Shown: positions 22,436-31,796 of the stretch, one piece after another | Layout of the letters: each line of letters begins with the position of its first letter | Numbering within the stretch: position 1 is the first letter of the stretch | Assembly (NCBI GenBank): GCA_965220965.1 | Contig: OZ244852.1 | Coordinates: 576,001-640,000, forward strand | Length of the DNA stretch: 64,000 nt | Direction: 5' to 3' | Source: Candidatus Marinacidobacterium sp. | GTDB taxonomy: Bacteria > Acidobacteriota > Vicinamibacteria > Marinacidobacterales > Marinacidobacteraceae | Program-made: the position numbers and the translations under genes | The notes under the pieces: generated by a model | Databases searched by the model: none | The model's input: only the letters and a program-made list of their open reading frames with translations | Told to the model about the DNA's origin: nothing

Positions 22436-24717
22436 GCCGAGTGACCCTTCGCGTCACGCTCTGCGCCCTCCTGGGCGCGCCCGCGGCTCTCGCCGCGCAG
22501 CCCGCTGCGGGCGGGGCGGCGCCCCCCGGCGCGCGGGCCTCCGCAACCGTCGAACCCCCCGTCATCGATGGTCGGCTCGCCGATGAGGTCTGGTCGGCCT
22601 CCGAGCCCCTCGCCGGATTCACCCAGCGCGAGCCCTCCGACGGCTCGCCGGTCTCCCAGTCGACACAAGTGCGCGTTCTCTACGACGACGTGGCCCTCTA
22701 CATCGGCGCGTGGCTCCTGGACGACGACCCGGCGGGCATCGTCTTCGGCCAGACGCTGCGCGACGCCTCGCTCAACGACGCGGATGCGTTCGTCGTGGTG
22801 CTCGACACCTACCTCGACCGTCAGAACGGTTTCGTCTTTGGAACGACGCCAGCGGGGATCGAGTACGACGGCCAGGTCATCGGCGAGGGTGTGGGCGGCG
22901 GGCCCGGCGGCGGTCGCCAGCAGCGGGGCTCGGGCGGCGGGTTCAACCTGAACTGGGACGGCTCGTGGGACGTCGCCACGACCCGGGACGAGCGGGGCTG
23001 GTACGTCGAGATGCGGATTCCCTTCTCGACGCTCCGCTACGGGGTCGGGGGGCCGCAGACCTGGGGGCTCAACTTCGAGCGCAGGATCCGGCGCAACAGC
23101 GAGCAGTCGATGTGGGCGCCGATTCCCAGGCAGTTCGGCGTCTACCGCGTTTCGCTCGCGGGGACCCTCGAGCTCGAGGCGCCCGCGAACCGGACGGTCA
23201 CGGTCAGCCCCTACGTGCTCGGGGACGCGTTCAAGGACTACCAGGTCCTTGCGCCGGGCGTGGACTTCGGCGGCAAGGTCGGGGGCGACGCCAAGATCGG
23301 CATCAACCAGAGCCTGACGCTCGACCTCACCGTGAACACCGACTTCGCGCAGGCGGAGGTGGACGACCAGCAGGTGAACCTCACCCGGTTCAGCCTCTTC
23401 TTCCCCGAGAAGCGCGCCTTCTTCCTCGAGAACGCCGGCGCCTTCGCCGTGGGCGCGCCCCGCTCCGCCGAACTCTTCTTCAGCCGCCGCATCGGGCTCT
23501 CCGGCGGCCGCGAAGTGCCGATCCAGGCCGGCGCCCGGTTGACGGGCAAGGTCGGCGCCTTCCAGATCGGAGTGCTGAACATCCAGACCGGCGAGGCCTT
23601 TGACGTCGACGCCGACACCGGAGTTCGCGACCAGGTCGCTCCGAACAACAACTTCGGTGTCCTGCGGGCGTACCGGGAGTTCGGCAACCGGTCCCAGCTC
23701 GGGGCCATCTTCGTGTCCCGGGTCAACACGACCGACACGCAGGACCACAACCTCACCTGGGGCGTCGACGGCCGGCTCGGTATCGGGGAGGCGCTCACGC
23801 TGGACGGCTGGGCGGGCCTCACCACGACCCCGGTCGCGGCCGACGAGCAGGCGACGGGGTCGGGGTTCAACGACGGGGAATACGGGTTCGCCGGCGGGAT
23901 GCGCTACGTCACGCGCGACTGGCAGGTCTTCTCGGGCTACCGGCAGATCGGCGAGGCCTTCAATCCGGAGGTCGGGTTCGTCAACCGCCTCGGCTACCGC
24001 CAGGTCAACTGGCGCTTTCTACGGCACGTGCGCACCGAGAGCGTCCCGTGGTTCCGCGAGTTCCGCCCCCACATCTCCGGCAACGCCTTCTGGACGCTGG
24101 GGGGCTTCAACGAGTCCTACCTCCTCCACATCGACAACCACTTCGCCTTCGAGAACGGCGCCTTCTTCCAGCTTCCGGGTTTCAACTTCACCGGTGAGGG
24201 GCTCGAGGAGCCGTTTGCGATCCGCGACGACATCGTGATCCCGGCCGGGACGTACCACAACACCGAGTGGGAGTTCCGGGCGAACACGAATCGCGGCGCC
24301 GCGCTCTCGGCGTCCGCCGGCTGGACGCTCGGCGGCTTCTACAGCGGGACGCGCTTCGGCCCGAATCTGACGGTCTCGTACCGTCACGGCGACGCGCTGT
24401 TCGCGAGCGTCCGCGCCGACTACTACGACGTCCGCCTCGCAGAGGGCGAGTTCAGGACGGCGGTCGTGCGTCTCAACGCCTCCTACGCGTTCACTCCCCG
24501 CGTCTACGTCCAGACGAACGTTCAGTACAACGGCGACACGAGGGACCTCGGGACCAACATCCGGATCGGCTGGCTCGACACCGCCGGCACCGGGCTCTTC
24601 CTCGTCTGGAACGACACGAACCACACCGGCTCGCTCGAGCGGACCGGAATCATCGGTGGCCCGAAGCAGCGGCAACTCGTCGTGAAGTACAGCCGCCTGT
24701 TCAACCGGAGGGGGTAG
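22432..24717 (+). CDS. Exported/outer-membrane protein with CBM9-like domain plus DUF5916-type beta-barrel
   Basis: Signal peptide; PVIDGRLADEVW, FTQREP, EMRIPFSTLRY, TVNTDFAQAEVD, LFFPEKRAFFLE, FFSRRIG; ATG overlaps the dUTPase stop (ATGA). Confidence 0.8.
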   Translation: MSRVTLRVTLCALLGAPAALAAQPAAGGAAPPGARASATVEPPVIDGRLADEVWSASEPLAGFTQREPSDGSPVSQSTQVRVLYDDVALYIGAWLLDDDPAGIVFGQTLRDASLNDADAFVVVLDTYLDRQNGFVFGTTPAGIEYDGQVIGEGVGGGPGGGRQQRGSGGGFNLNWDGSWDVATTRDERGWYVEMRIPFSTLRYGVGGPQTWGLNFERRIRRNSEQSMWAPIPRQFGVYRVSLAGTLELEAPANRTVTVSPYVLGDAFKDYQVLAPGVDFGGKVGGDAKIGINQSLTLDLTVNTDFAQAEVDDQQVNLTRFSLFFPEKRAFFLENAGAFAVGAPRSAELFFSRRIGLSGGREVPIQAGARLTGKVGAFQIGVLNIQTGEAFDVDADTGVRDQVAPNNNFGVLRAYREFGNRSQLGAIFVSRVNTTDTQDHNLTWGVDGRLGIGEALTLDGWAGLTTTPVAADEQATGSGFNDGEYGFAGGMRYVTRDWQVFSGYRQIGEAFNPEVGFVNRLGYRQVNWRFLRHVRTESVPWFREFRPHISGNAFWTLGGFNESYLLHIDNHFAFENGAFFQLPGFNFTGEGLEEPFAIRDDIVIPAGTYHNTEWEFRANTNRGAALSASAGWTLGGFYSGTRFGPNLTVSYRHGDALFASVRADYYDVRLAEGEFRTAVVRLNASYAFTPRVYVQTNVQYNGDTRDLGTNIRIGWLDTAGTGLFLVWNDTNHTGSLERTGIIGGPKQRQLVVKYSRLFNRRG

Positions 24718-24952
24718 GAGCGGGACCCGTTGACGGCTGGGCGGTGGCCAGATCGGCCGCCAACCCACCGCGTCCCGGGCTCCCCTCCCTCTCTCCTGAG
24801 CCCTCCCGCCGAAGCCATCCACGAGCGCGCCTGCCTGGGGCGCCTTCAGCAGGATAAGACGCTGACCGGCGGTCGCGTGGGCCGCACTCCGGCCCGCGCA
24901 TGGTCGTCCGGGGCCGCTTCCGCGGTCGCGTCCGGCGCCGCAAGTCCGTGTA

Positions 24953-24995
24953 GCCTGACGATGTCAGGCGTCTGTGCAGATCACCTGACTTCAGG
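24953..24995. promoter_or_regulatory. Two related palindromes (GCCTGAC-gat-GTCAGGC; CCTGA-ct-TCAGG) upstream of the XRE gene, candidate operators
   Basis: Perfect inverted repeats at 24953-24969 and 24984-24995; the first overlaps a TAGCCT -10-like hexamer (24951-24956). Confidence 0.5.
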
Positions 24996-25547
24996 ATGCT
25001 CTCGAACGCGGAAATCGGCAGGCGACTCCGGACGATCCGGAAGTCGCGGGGGCTGCGCCGGAGCGACGCCGCCCGGGAGAGTGGCGTCGCGCGAGCGACG
25101 CTGGTGGCCATCGAGCAGGGCCGGCGGCGCGTCCGAACCGACGAGATCCAGCGGCTGGCGCGGCTCTACGGGACGTCGGTCAACGGCGTGCTTCGCTCTG
25201 AGGCCGTCCATCTCGACCTTGTTTCGTCGTTCCGGAAGCTTCTGCGCGGCTCGGAGCGGAGAAGCGACAGAGCCGCGCAGCGCATGAATCGGCTGGTCTG
25301 CGCCCAGGTCGAGCTCGAGAACGTTCTGGGGGTTCAGCGGCAAGAAAATCCTCCTCCTGAGCACCCCATCCTGCCGGGCGATCTCGTCGCCCTGGCCAGG
25401 GAGGCCTGGAAGCGGGATCTCTACAGCGAGGGCCAGCTCGCCGATCTGCTGGATCTCGACCGGTTGACGATCCGCGAGGTTCTCGAAGGCGCGCAGGAGG
25501 AAGAAGCCGAAGCTGTTGACCGCGAGGGTCTTGTCGCTCCCTCATGA
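24996..25547 (+). CDS. XRE-family HTH regulator resembling an XRE-ImmA/IrrE fusion protein without the metallopeptidase domain
   Basis: EIGRRLRTIRKSRGL...VARATLVAIEQGRRRV...LARLYG HTH; C-terminal LAREAWKRDLYSEGQLADLLDLDR; no HEXXH. Confidence 0.7.
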   Translation: MLSNAEIGRRLRTIRKSRGLRRSDAARESGVARATLVAIEQGRRRVRTDEIQRLARLYGTSVNGVLRSEAVHLDLVSSFRKLLRGSERRSDRAAQRMNRLVCAQVELENVLGVQRQENPPPEHPILPGDLVALAREAWKRDLYSEGQLADLLDLDRLTIREVLEGAQEEEAEAVDREGLVAPS

Positions 25548-25604
25548 GGGGCTACGGCCGGCGCCGGGGAGCTGACTACGCTCTGGTGACCGCCGTTCCT
25601 CGTC

Positions 25605-26780
25605 TCATTCCGAGAGACGCGGGAGCCGGGTCCAGACGCCGCAGTTCGCGGTCGACCGGAAGCCGGCGTCCGACTGCTGGATTGTCACGGTGATCCGGGC
25701 GTCCTGCTCCAGGAAGGCGTCTTCCAGGATGTCCGCCGGCGTTCCTCCGAATCCGCTCAGGCGAGCCCAGTAACAGGACTCGCCGGCGGTCGCCTGCCAG
25801 GTTCCGGGCGTCACCTGCTCCCCGACGAGCCAGGCGCCGGGGCCCACTTCCGCCGGGGGGCCCTGGGCCGGCGTGATCTCCCAGACGCCGCACTCGGCGG
25901 TGGAGCGGAAGACGCCGTCGGTGGGCTCGATGTCGACGATCTCCTGCGCGACATCGGCGCCGTGGTACCCCTCGGCGATCAGGGTCCGGTCCGGCTCCGA
26001 AACCGCCGCCCGTCTGGCGCCGACCGCGAGCGCGACGCCCGAGCGCCGCTGCCACGAGCAGTCCGCAGCCGGGTCGGTGAAGTAGCGGCCCGGGACGATC
26101 TCGTCGCCGACGAGCCACTGGCCCTCGCCGAACGAGTTCCGCAGTTCGGCTTCGCCCAGCCGGAAGTCCAGCGAGTCGTCGGGGCCGGTCACGGTTCGGG
26201 TCAGCTCCGCGTAGCCGGTCTTCTGCGCCGCGATCGTGGTCTCTCCGATGAGCCCGGCGAGGCGGAACGCTCCGTCCTCCCGCGACTCGGTCGCCGCTCC
26301 GGCGCTCGGGCCGTCGAGCGCGACGATGCGGACTCCGGACACCGGCTGGGTGTTCGGGTTCAGGACCCGGCCCGAGACGGCGTAGAGGATGTCCGTCCCC
26401 ACGGTGATGTCCGCTTCGGCGCGGACCGCATCGATCGCCGCGGTGATGCGGGCCACGCCGCTGGACCGCGCGGTCACGAGCCCCTCGGAGTCGATCTCCG
26501 CCACCTGCGGGGCGGCGGAACTCCACACCGGATGAGCCTGTCCCGAGGTTCCGTCGCTGAACGTCACCTGCGCGGTGAGCTGGGCGGTCGCGCCGACGGC
26601 GAGCGGCCCGTCGGGAAGGTCGCGGATCTCGAGGGCCGTCGGGACCGGCTCGGGGGAGGGCGGGGGCGTCACCGTCGTGGGCCCCGGGTCTCCGCCGCAG
26701 CCAATGGCTATCGCCCCGGCCGCCAGCGCAGAGAAGAGTCCGGATCTCCGTCGCCGAACGTCGTGTTGACCGCCTCGCAT
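25605..26780 (-). CDS. Lipoprotein with Ig-like domain, carboxypeptidase-regulatory-like domain and two Cys-containing repeats
   Basis: Lipobox AIAIGC; WSSAAPQVAEIDSEGLVTA; VSGRV...DGAFRLAGL...KTGY; repeats GxWLVG..xxPGx[YW]...CxWxR...FRSTAxCGVW. Confidence 0.7.
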   Translation of the reverse strand: MRGGQHDVRRRRSGLFSALAAGAIAIGCGGDPGPTTVTPPPSPEPVPTALEIRDLPDGPLAVGATAQLTAQVTFSDGTSGQAHPVWSSAAPQVAEIDSEGLVTARSSGVARITAAIDAVRAEADITVGTDILYAVSGRVLNPNTQPVSGVRIVALDGPSAGAATESREDGAFRLAGLIGETTIAAQKTGYAELTRTVTGPDDSLDFRLGEAELRNSFGEGQWLVGDEIVPGRYFTDPAADCSWQRRSGVALAVGARRAAVSEPDRTLIAEGYHGADVAQEIVDIEPTDGVFRSTAECGVWEITPAQGPPAEVGPGAWLVGEQVTPGTWQATAGESCYWARLSGFGGTPADILEDAFLEQDARITVTIQQSDAGFRSTANCGVWTRLPRLSE

Positions 26781-26851
26781 CGTGTCTCCCCCAGTGTCGT
26801 GGCCCTTGCCGGACCTGTTGTCGCCCCGGAGCCCCCACCCCCCGGCCAGGC

Positions 26852-27778
26852 TCAGAGCAGCCGGAACTCCACCTCGATTTCGGCGAGCACGTCCACCGCC
26901 TCGCCCCGGAAGGATCCCGGAACGAAGAGCCAGTCGCGCACCGCGGCGATGGCCTTGGCGTCGAGGCCGTCGTCGAGGCTGCGGATCACCCGGGCGGGTC
27001 CCACCCGGCCGCTCTTCAGGATGACGACCTCGAGGATCACGACCCCCTCGATCTTCCGGGCGAGCGCGTCGTCGGTGTATTCCGGGGTGACCCGGCGCCG
27101 GAGCTGCGGGGGCTCGACGCCGCTGCCGATCCGGTAGGCCCCGCCGCCGAAGCCGCCTCCGAAACCCTCGCCGATCCCGTCGCCGTCGCCCTCACCGATC
27201 CCTCCGCCCTGGCCGGTTCCGGCGCCGCCCTGGCGCCCCGGTCCGGCGACCAGGCTGGAAGCGTCCCGGAGGAGCCCGGCGAGCGAGTCGGCGTCGGGCA
27301 TCATCGTCGCGAACGGGGCTCGCACCGCGTCTTCGAGGATCTCTTCATCGACCTCGATGGCCTCGGGATCCTCGAAGACCAGATCGGGAGGCTCCGGGGC
27401 GGTCGCGACCGCGGCCAGAACCGGATCCGGTCCCTCGAGCTGGTTCTCGGCGGGATCTTCGGGGGTCTCGTCCCCGCCGCCTCCACCGCCGCCGCCGGGT
27501 CCCTCCTCGACCAGGAAAACCAGCCCCGGCAGGTCGAACGGGTCGTCGTCGGTGATCTCCTCGGCGGTGAAGACGCCGAGCACGATCAGCAGGAAGAGGC
27601 CGCCGTGCGCGGCGGTCGCCGACAGCAACCCGCGGCGTCCGGTGTTGAGCCCGGCGCCCAGGTGGTCCAGCGGGAGTCCGGTGATCGGGCTGATCTCCGG
27701 CGGCGCCGGCGCGAACGCCCGGCGCACGGCTTCCACGACACGGAGCAGCGGCGACTTCGCGCGGGCCTTCGGTGGCAT
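26852..27778 (-). CDS. TonB-family energy transducer
   Basis: N-terminal TM helix with His (SATAAHGGLFLLIVLG), Gly-rich linker, TonB_C domain PEYTDDALARKIEGVVILEVVI...GLDAKAIAAVRDWLFVP. Confidence 0.88.
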   Translation of the reverse strand: MPPKARAKSPLLRVVEAVRRAFAPAPPEISPITGLPLDHLGAGLNTGRRGLLSATAAHGGLFLLIVLGVFTAEEITDDDPFDLPGLVFLVEEGPGGGGGGGGDETPEDPAENQLEGPDPVLAAVATAPEPPDLVFEDPEAIEVDEEILEDAVRAPFATMMPDADSLAGLLRDASSLVAGPGRQGGAGTGQGGGIGEGDGDGIGEGFGGGFGGGAYRIGSGVEPPQLRRRVTPEYTDDALARKIEGVVILEVVILKSGRVGPARVIRSLDDGLDAKAIAAVRDWLFVPGSFRGEAVDVLAEIEVEFRLL

Positions 27779-27966
27779 TGTGGGGAGGCCGGGGTGGGCG
27801 AACCCGGTTCCGCATTGTAGCGATCAGCCGGGCCGCCGATTCCGGCCCGCGTGGTACGCTGGCCGCCGGCTTGCAGCCGGGCGACGCGCTCCCGGTTCCG
27901 CTGCGATTTCCGCCCGCAGTACTGGAACCCCGCTGCCCACCACGCTTCACGACCCCGCGTCACCCC

Positions 27967-28512
27967 ATGATCCTGCCCTTCGGCGGCCACGCGCCCGTCG
28001 TCCCCGCTTCGGCCTTCGTCGCCCCCGGCGCCGACCTGATCGGCCAGGTCGTTCTCGGCGAGGACGCCTCCGTCTGGTTTGGCGCGGTGCTGCGGGGGGA
28101 TGTGAACTCGATCACGGTCGGACGCCGCACGAACATCCAGGACGGGACGGTCGTCCATGCCAACCCCGGGGAGCAGCGGACGGTCATCGGCGATGAGGTC
28201 ACGATCGGGCACGCCGCGATCGTCCACGCCTGCACCGTGGGCCGCCGCGCCCTGATCGGCATGGGGTCCGTGGTGCTCGACGACGCCCGGGTCGGAGACG
28301 AGGTCATGGTGGCCGCCGGCGCGGTCGTGCCTCCCGGGCTCGAGGTTCCGCCGCGCGTTCTCGTCCGGGGAGTGCCCGGGCGGGTGGCGCGGCCGCTGAC
28401 CGACGGGGAAATCGCCCATCTGGCGCGCTCGGCGCAGAACTACGTTGAGCTCAAGGACCGCTATCTCGCCGCCGAAGCGGATCGCGGCGGAACGGCCCCG
28501 GAGGCCGGGTGA
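27967..28512 (+). CDS. Gamma carbonic anhydrase family hexapeptide-repeat protein (YrdA-like)
   Basis: SVWFGAVLRGD, NIQDGTVVH, TIGHAAIVHAC, LIGMGS. Confidence 0.92.
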   Translation: MILPFGGHAPVVPASAFVAPGADLIGQVVLGEDASVWFGAVLRGDVNSITVGRRTNIQDGTVVHANPGEQRTVIGDEVTIGHAAIVHACTVGRRALIGMGSVVLDDARVGDEVMVAAGAVVPPGLEVPPRVLVRGVPGRVARPLTDGEIAHLARSAQNYVELKDRYLAAEADRGGTAPEAG

Positions 28513-30302
28513 TGAGCGCCCCGACCCGCGCCACGCACCACTGCGCCGAACTCCGCGTCGCCGACGCCGGATCGCGGGTGATCCTCATGGGCTGGGTGGA
28601 GCGCATCCGGGACCTCGGCGGGCTGCTCTTCCTGGACCTGCGGGACTACCGCGGCGCCACCCAGGTGGTGGTCCGCCCCGACACGCCCGCCGCCGCCGTC
28701 GCGAAGCGGGTGGGCGCCTGGTGGGTTCTGGCCGTCGAGGGAGTCGTCCTCGCCCGCGAGGCGGGGACGGTCAATGCCGCGGTGGACACCGGCGAGGTCG
28801 AACTGGAGGCCGCGGCCATCCACGTCCTGAACGAGTCCCGGACGCCGCCGTTCTCCCCCACCGGAGGCGACGGGGTCGCCGAGGAACTGCGGCTTCGCTA
28901 CCGCTACCTCGAGCTCCGGAACCCGAAGCTCCAGCACAACCTGCGGATCCGCGGGCGGCTCGCCGCCGAGATCCGGGGCCACCTCGACGAACGCGGTTTC
29001 CTCGAAGTGGAGACGCCGTTCCTGACCCGTTCGACTCCCGAAGGGGCGAGGGACTACCTCGTCCCCTCGCGGGTCCATCGCGGCCGCTTCTACGCCCTCC
29101 CGCAGTCGCCCCAGTTGTTCAAGCAGTTGCTGATGATCGGGGGGGTGGACCGCTACTACCAGATCGCCCGCTGCTTCCGGGACGAGGACCTGCGCGCCGA
29201 CCGCCAGCCCGAGTTCAGCCAGGTGGACATCGAGATGTCCTTCGCCGATCCGGATCTCGTCATCGAGATCACCGAAGGACTCTTCCAGCGGGCGCTCGGC
29301 GCGGTGGGGATCGAGGTCCAGCCGCCGTTCCCCCGCTTCCGCTGGGCCGAGGCGATGGACCGCTACGGCGTGGATCGCCCCGACCTCCGCTACGGCGCAG
29401 AAGTTCACGACCTGACGGAACTCGCCCGGGACTCCGGCCACCCCATCCTCGACCGGGTGCTCGGGGAGGGTGGCTCCCTCCGGGGCATCGCCGCGCCGGG
29501 ATGCGGCGGGTTCTCGCGCAAGCGGCTCGACGAGCTCCAGGCCGCCGCGGTGGCCGCCGGCGCCGGCGGCCTCTTCTGGGCGGCGTTCGCGGACGGCGCG
29601 GTTCGCTCTCCACTGAAGAAGACGCTCGGCCCCGAGCGGCTCGAGGGACTCCTCGAGGCGGCGGGCGGGGGGCCCGGGGATCTCCTGCTCCTCGTCGCCG
29701 GAGAGCCCCGGAAGGCCTCGGTCGCGCTCGGCGCGCTCCGACGCCAGTTGGCGGCGAGCGAGGGCTGGATCCCGAAGGGCGAGTTCCGGATGGCCTGGGT
29801 CACCGACTTTCCGCTGTTCGACTGGTCGGAAACCGAGGGCCGCCTGACCTCGGTCCACCACCCGTTCACCAGCCCGCACCCGGACGACCTCGACCGCATC
29901 GAGTCGGAACCGCTCGCCGCGCGCTCGCTCGCCTACGACGTCATCGCGAACGGCCACGAGCTCGGCGGCGGCAGCATCCGGATCCACGACCGTCGCACCC
30001 AGCAGCGGATCTTCGACGCGCTCGAGATCCCGCCCGCCGAAGCCAGCGAGCGGTTCGGCTTCTTCCTCGAGGCCCTCGAGTACGGCACGCCGCCCCACGG
30101 CGGCATCGCGCTCGGATTCGACCGGATTGCGATGCTCGCTTCGGGCGCCGCCAGCCTGCGCGAGGTCATCGCGTTCCCCAAGACGACATCCGCCACCGAC
30201 CTGATGACCGGCTCCCCCGGGCCGGTCCAGCCGGTCCAGCTCGACGAAGTCGGCGTGACGCTGGCCTCGGAGAAAGGCGGGGGCTCCGCGAAGGAACGCT
30301 GA
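28512..30302 (+). CDS. aspS: Aspartate--tRNA ligase
   Basis: GWV..IRDLGGLLFLDLRD, RLRYRYLELR, STPEGARDY, ALPQSPQLFKQ, CFRDEDLRADRQPEF, HHPFT, GGGSIRIH, PPHGGIALGFDR, FPKT. Confidence 0.97.
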   Translation: MSAPTRATHHCAELRVADAGSRVILMGWVERIRDLGGLLFLDLRDYRGATQVVVRPDTPAAAVAKRVGAWWVLAVEGVVLAREAGTVNAAVDTGEVELEAAAIHVLNESRTPPFSPTGGDGVAEELRLRYRYLELRNPKLQHNLRIRGRLAAEIRGHLDERGFLEVETPFLTRSTPEGARDYLVPSRVHRGRFYALPQSPQLFKQLLMIGGVDRYYQIARCFRDEDLRADRQPEFSQVDIEMSFADPDLVIEITEGLFQRALGAVGIEVQPPFPRFRWAEAMDRYGVDRPDLRYGAEVHDLTELARDSGHPILDRVLGEGGSLRGIAAPGCGGFSRKRLDELQAAAVAAGAGGLFWAAFADGAVRSPLKKTLGPERLEGLLEAAGGGPGDLLLLVAGEPRKASVALGALRRQLAASEGWIPKGEFRMAWVTDFPLFDWSETEGRLTSVHHPFTSPHPDDLDRIESEPLAARSLAYDVIANGHELGGGSIRIHDRRTQQRIFDALEIPPAEASERFGFFLEALEYGTPPHGGIALGFDRIAMLASGAASLREVIAFPKTTSATDLMTGSPGPVQPVQLDEVGVTLASEKGGGSAKER

Positions 30303-30432
30303 GCGCTTCACGGCGCCCGCGTCACAGACCCCGCCCTCGAGCGGCTCGTCGAGTCGCGGGGCCGGCGCCCCGGGAGTCCATCGAGGGGCGCCCCGGGCGG
30401 GGGAGCTTCCTCGCTCGGCGCATGGGCTCTGG

Positions 30433-30461
30433 TTGCCGGGGCGGGGGCGCTGTGTTAGCGT
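30433..30461 (+). promoter_or_regulatory. Sigma70-type promoter TTGCCG-N17-TAGCGT (with extended TG) for the phoH operon
   Basis: Exact 17-nt spacer, within the 400-bp aspS-phoH gap. Confidence 0.5.
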
Positions 30462-30711
30462 GAAACCGTTCCATGAGACCAGCGGCGGAGGCCTTTTTTC
30501 GCCCCGCTCGCCGCCTTCCGTGCTGAACCGGCCCAGCCGGCGTTCCCGACGGCGATTGGCCGCCGGGAGTCCCTCTGTCGCCCGGCCCGCGGACCCGCGT
30601 CCCGGAGGTCTGGCCGTCGCCGCTGAACCGGCGCCCGCCGCCGCCCGGCGCCCCGCATCGGCCAGCGCCTCCCCGGAGCCGCTCCCCGGCGCCCCGGGCC
30701 GAACGCGGCCC

Positions 30712-31767
30712 ATGACCCGCATTCCCATTCCCGGGGAGGGAGGCCTGTCCTTCTTCGGGATCCGGGACCGCAGCCTGCGGTCGCTCGAGGAGGCGGCCGG
30801 CCTGACGCTGGCGAGCCGGGGCGACGTGCTGCTCGCGGAGGGGTCCGAGGACCGCATCGCGCTGCTCGGAACGGCCCTCGAAGGGCTTGCGGGGCTCCGC
30901 GCCGAACTGGGCCAGCGCTGCCGCATGAGCGATGTGCGCGCCGCGCTCCGGATCCTGGAACAGGATCCCGAGGCTTCCCTCCGCGAGTACTTCGTGGAGA
31001 CGGTGATCACCCCCTCGTCGGGGAAGATCGTCCGCCCCCGGAGTCTGGGTCAGCTCGAGTACATCCGGGCGCTGCGGAGCAGGGATCTCGTTCTCGGGGT
31101 CGGGCCCGCCGGCACCGGCAAGACCTGGCTAGCGATGGCGGTCGCGGTGGAGGCGCTGCGCAACCAGCAGGTCCGCCGGATCGTCCTGACCCGCCCCGCC
31201 GTCGAGGCGGGAGAGAAGCTGGGTTTTCTGCCCGGCGACCTGATCGACAAGGTGGATCCCTACCTCCGGCCGCTCTACGACGCGCTTCACGACATGATGG
31301 ACCCGGACCGGGCGGCGCGGCTCCGGGAGCGCGGCGTGATCGAGATCGCGCCGATCGCGTTCATGCGGGGAAGGACGCTGAACGACGCCTTCATCATCCT
31401 CGACGAGGCGCAGAACACGACTTCGGAACAGATGAAGATGTTCCTCACCCGGATGGGCAACGGCACCCGGGCGGTCGTGACCGGCGACATCACCCAGAAC
31501 GACCTCCCGCCGGGGAAGATCAGCGGGCTGGTGGAGTGCCTCTCCGTGGTCGGCCATCTGGGCGAAGTGGGCCTCGTGCGGCTCGAGGACTCCGATGTGG
31601 TCCGGCACCGTCTCGTCCAGCAGATCGTCCGGGCCTACGCCCGCAGCGAGCGCGCCCGCGCCGCGCGGCGGCGCGACTCCGGCGGCCAGCCCGGCGCCTC
31701 GGTCGAGGGCGACGCCTTCGAGCCGGATGCAGCCTACGACCCGCTGACCGAGCCGACCCCGGCCTGA
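30712..31767 (+). CDS. phoH: PhoH-family ATPase (YbeZ-like)
   Basis: GPAGTGKT, RPAVEAGEKLGFLPGD, DPYLRPLYDAL, AFMRGRTL, DEAQN, GDITQ, DVVRH. Confidence 0.95.
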   Translation: MTRIPIPGEGGLSFFGIRDRSLRSLEEAAGLTLASRGDVLLAEGSEDRIALLGTALEGLAGLRAELGQRCRMSDVRAALRILEQDPEASLREYFVETVITPSSGKIVRPRSLGQLEYIRALRSRDLVLGVGPAGTGKTWLAMAVAVEALRNQQVRRIVLTRPAVEAGEKLGFLPGDLIDKVDPYLRPLYDALHDMMDPDRAARLRERGVIEIAPIAFMRGRTLNDAFIILDEAQNTTSEQMKMFLTRMGNGTRAVVTGDITQNDLPPGKISGLVECLSVVGHLGEVGLVRLEDSDVVRHRLVQQIVRAYARSERARAARRRDSGGQPGASVEGDAFEPDAAYDPLTEPTPA

Positions 31768-31796
31768 CGCGCCGCCGTCCTCGCTCCACCGGCGCC

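Noticed and set aside
27130-27500. (GCC)n-rich repetitive DNA
   Set aside because: Explained by Gly-rich linkers of the TonB protein
28512-28830. Calling AspRS discriminating or non-discriminating
   Set aside because: Signature is mixed (Leu in RDLGG but Gly in REAGTVN), so it cannot be decided from sequence by eye
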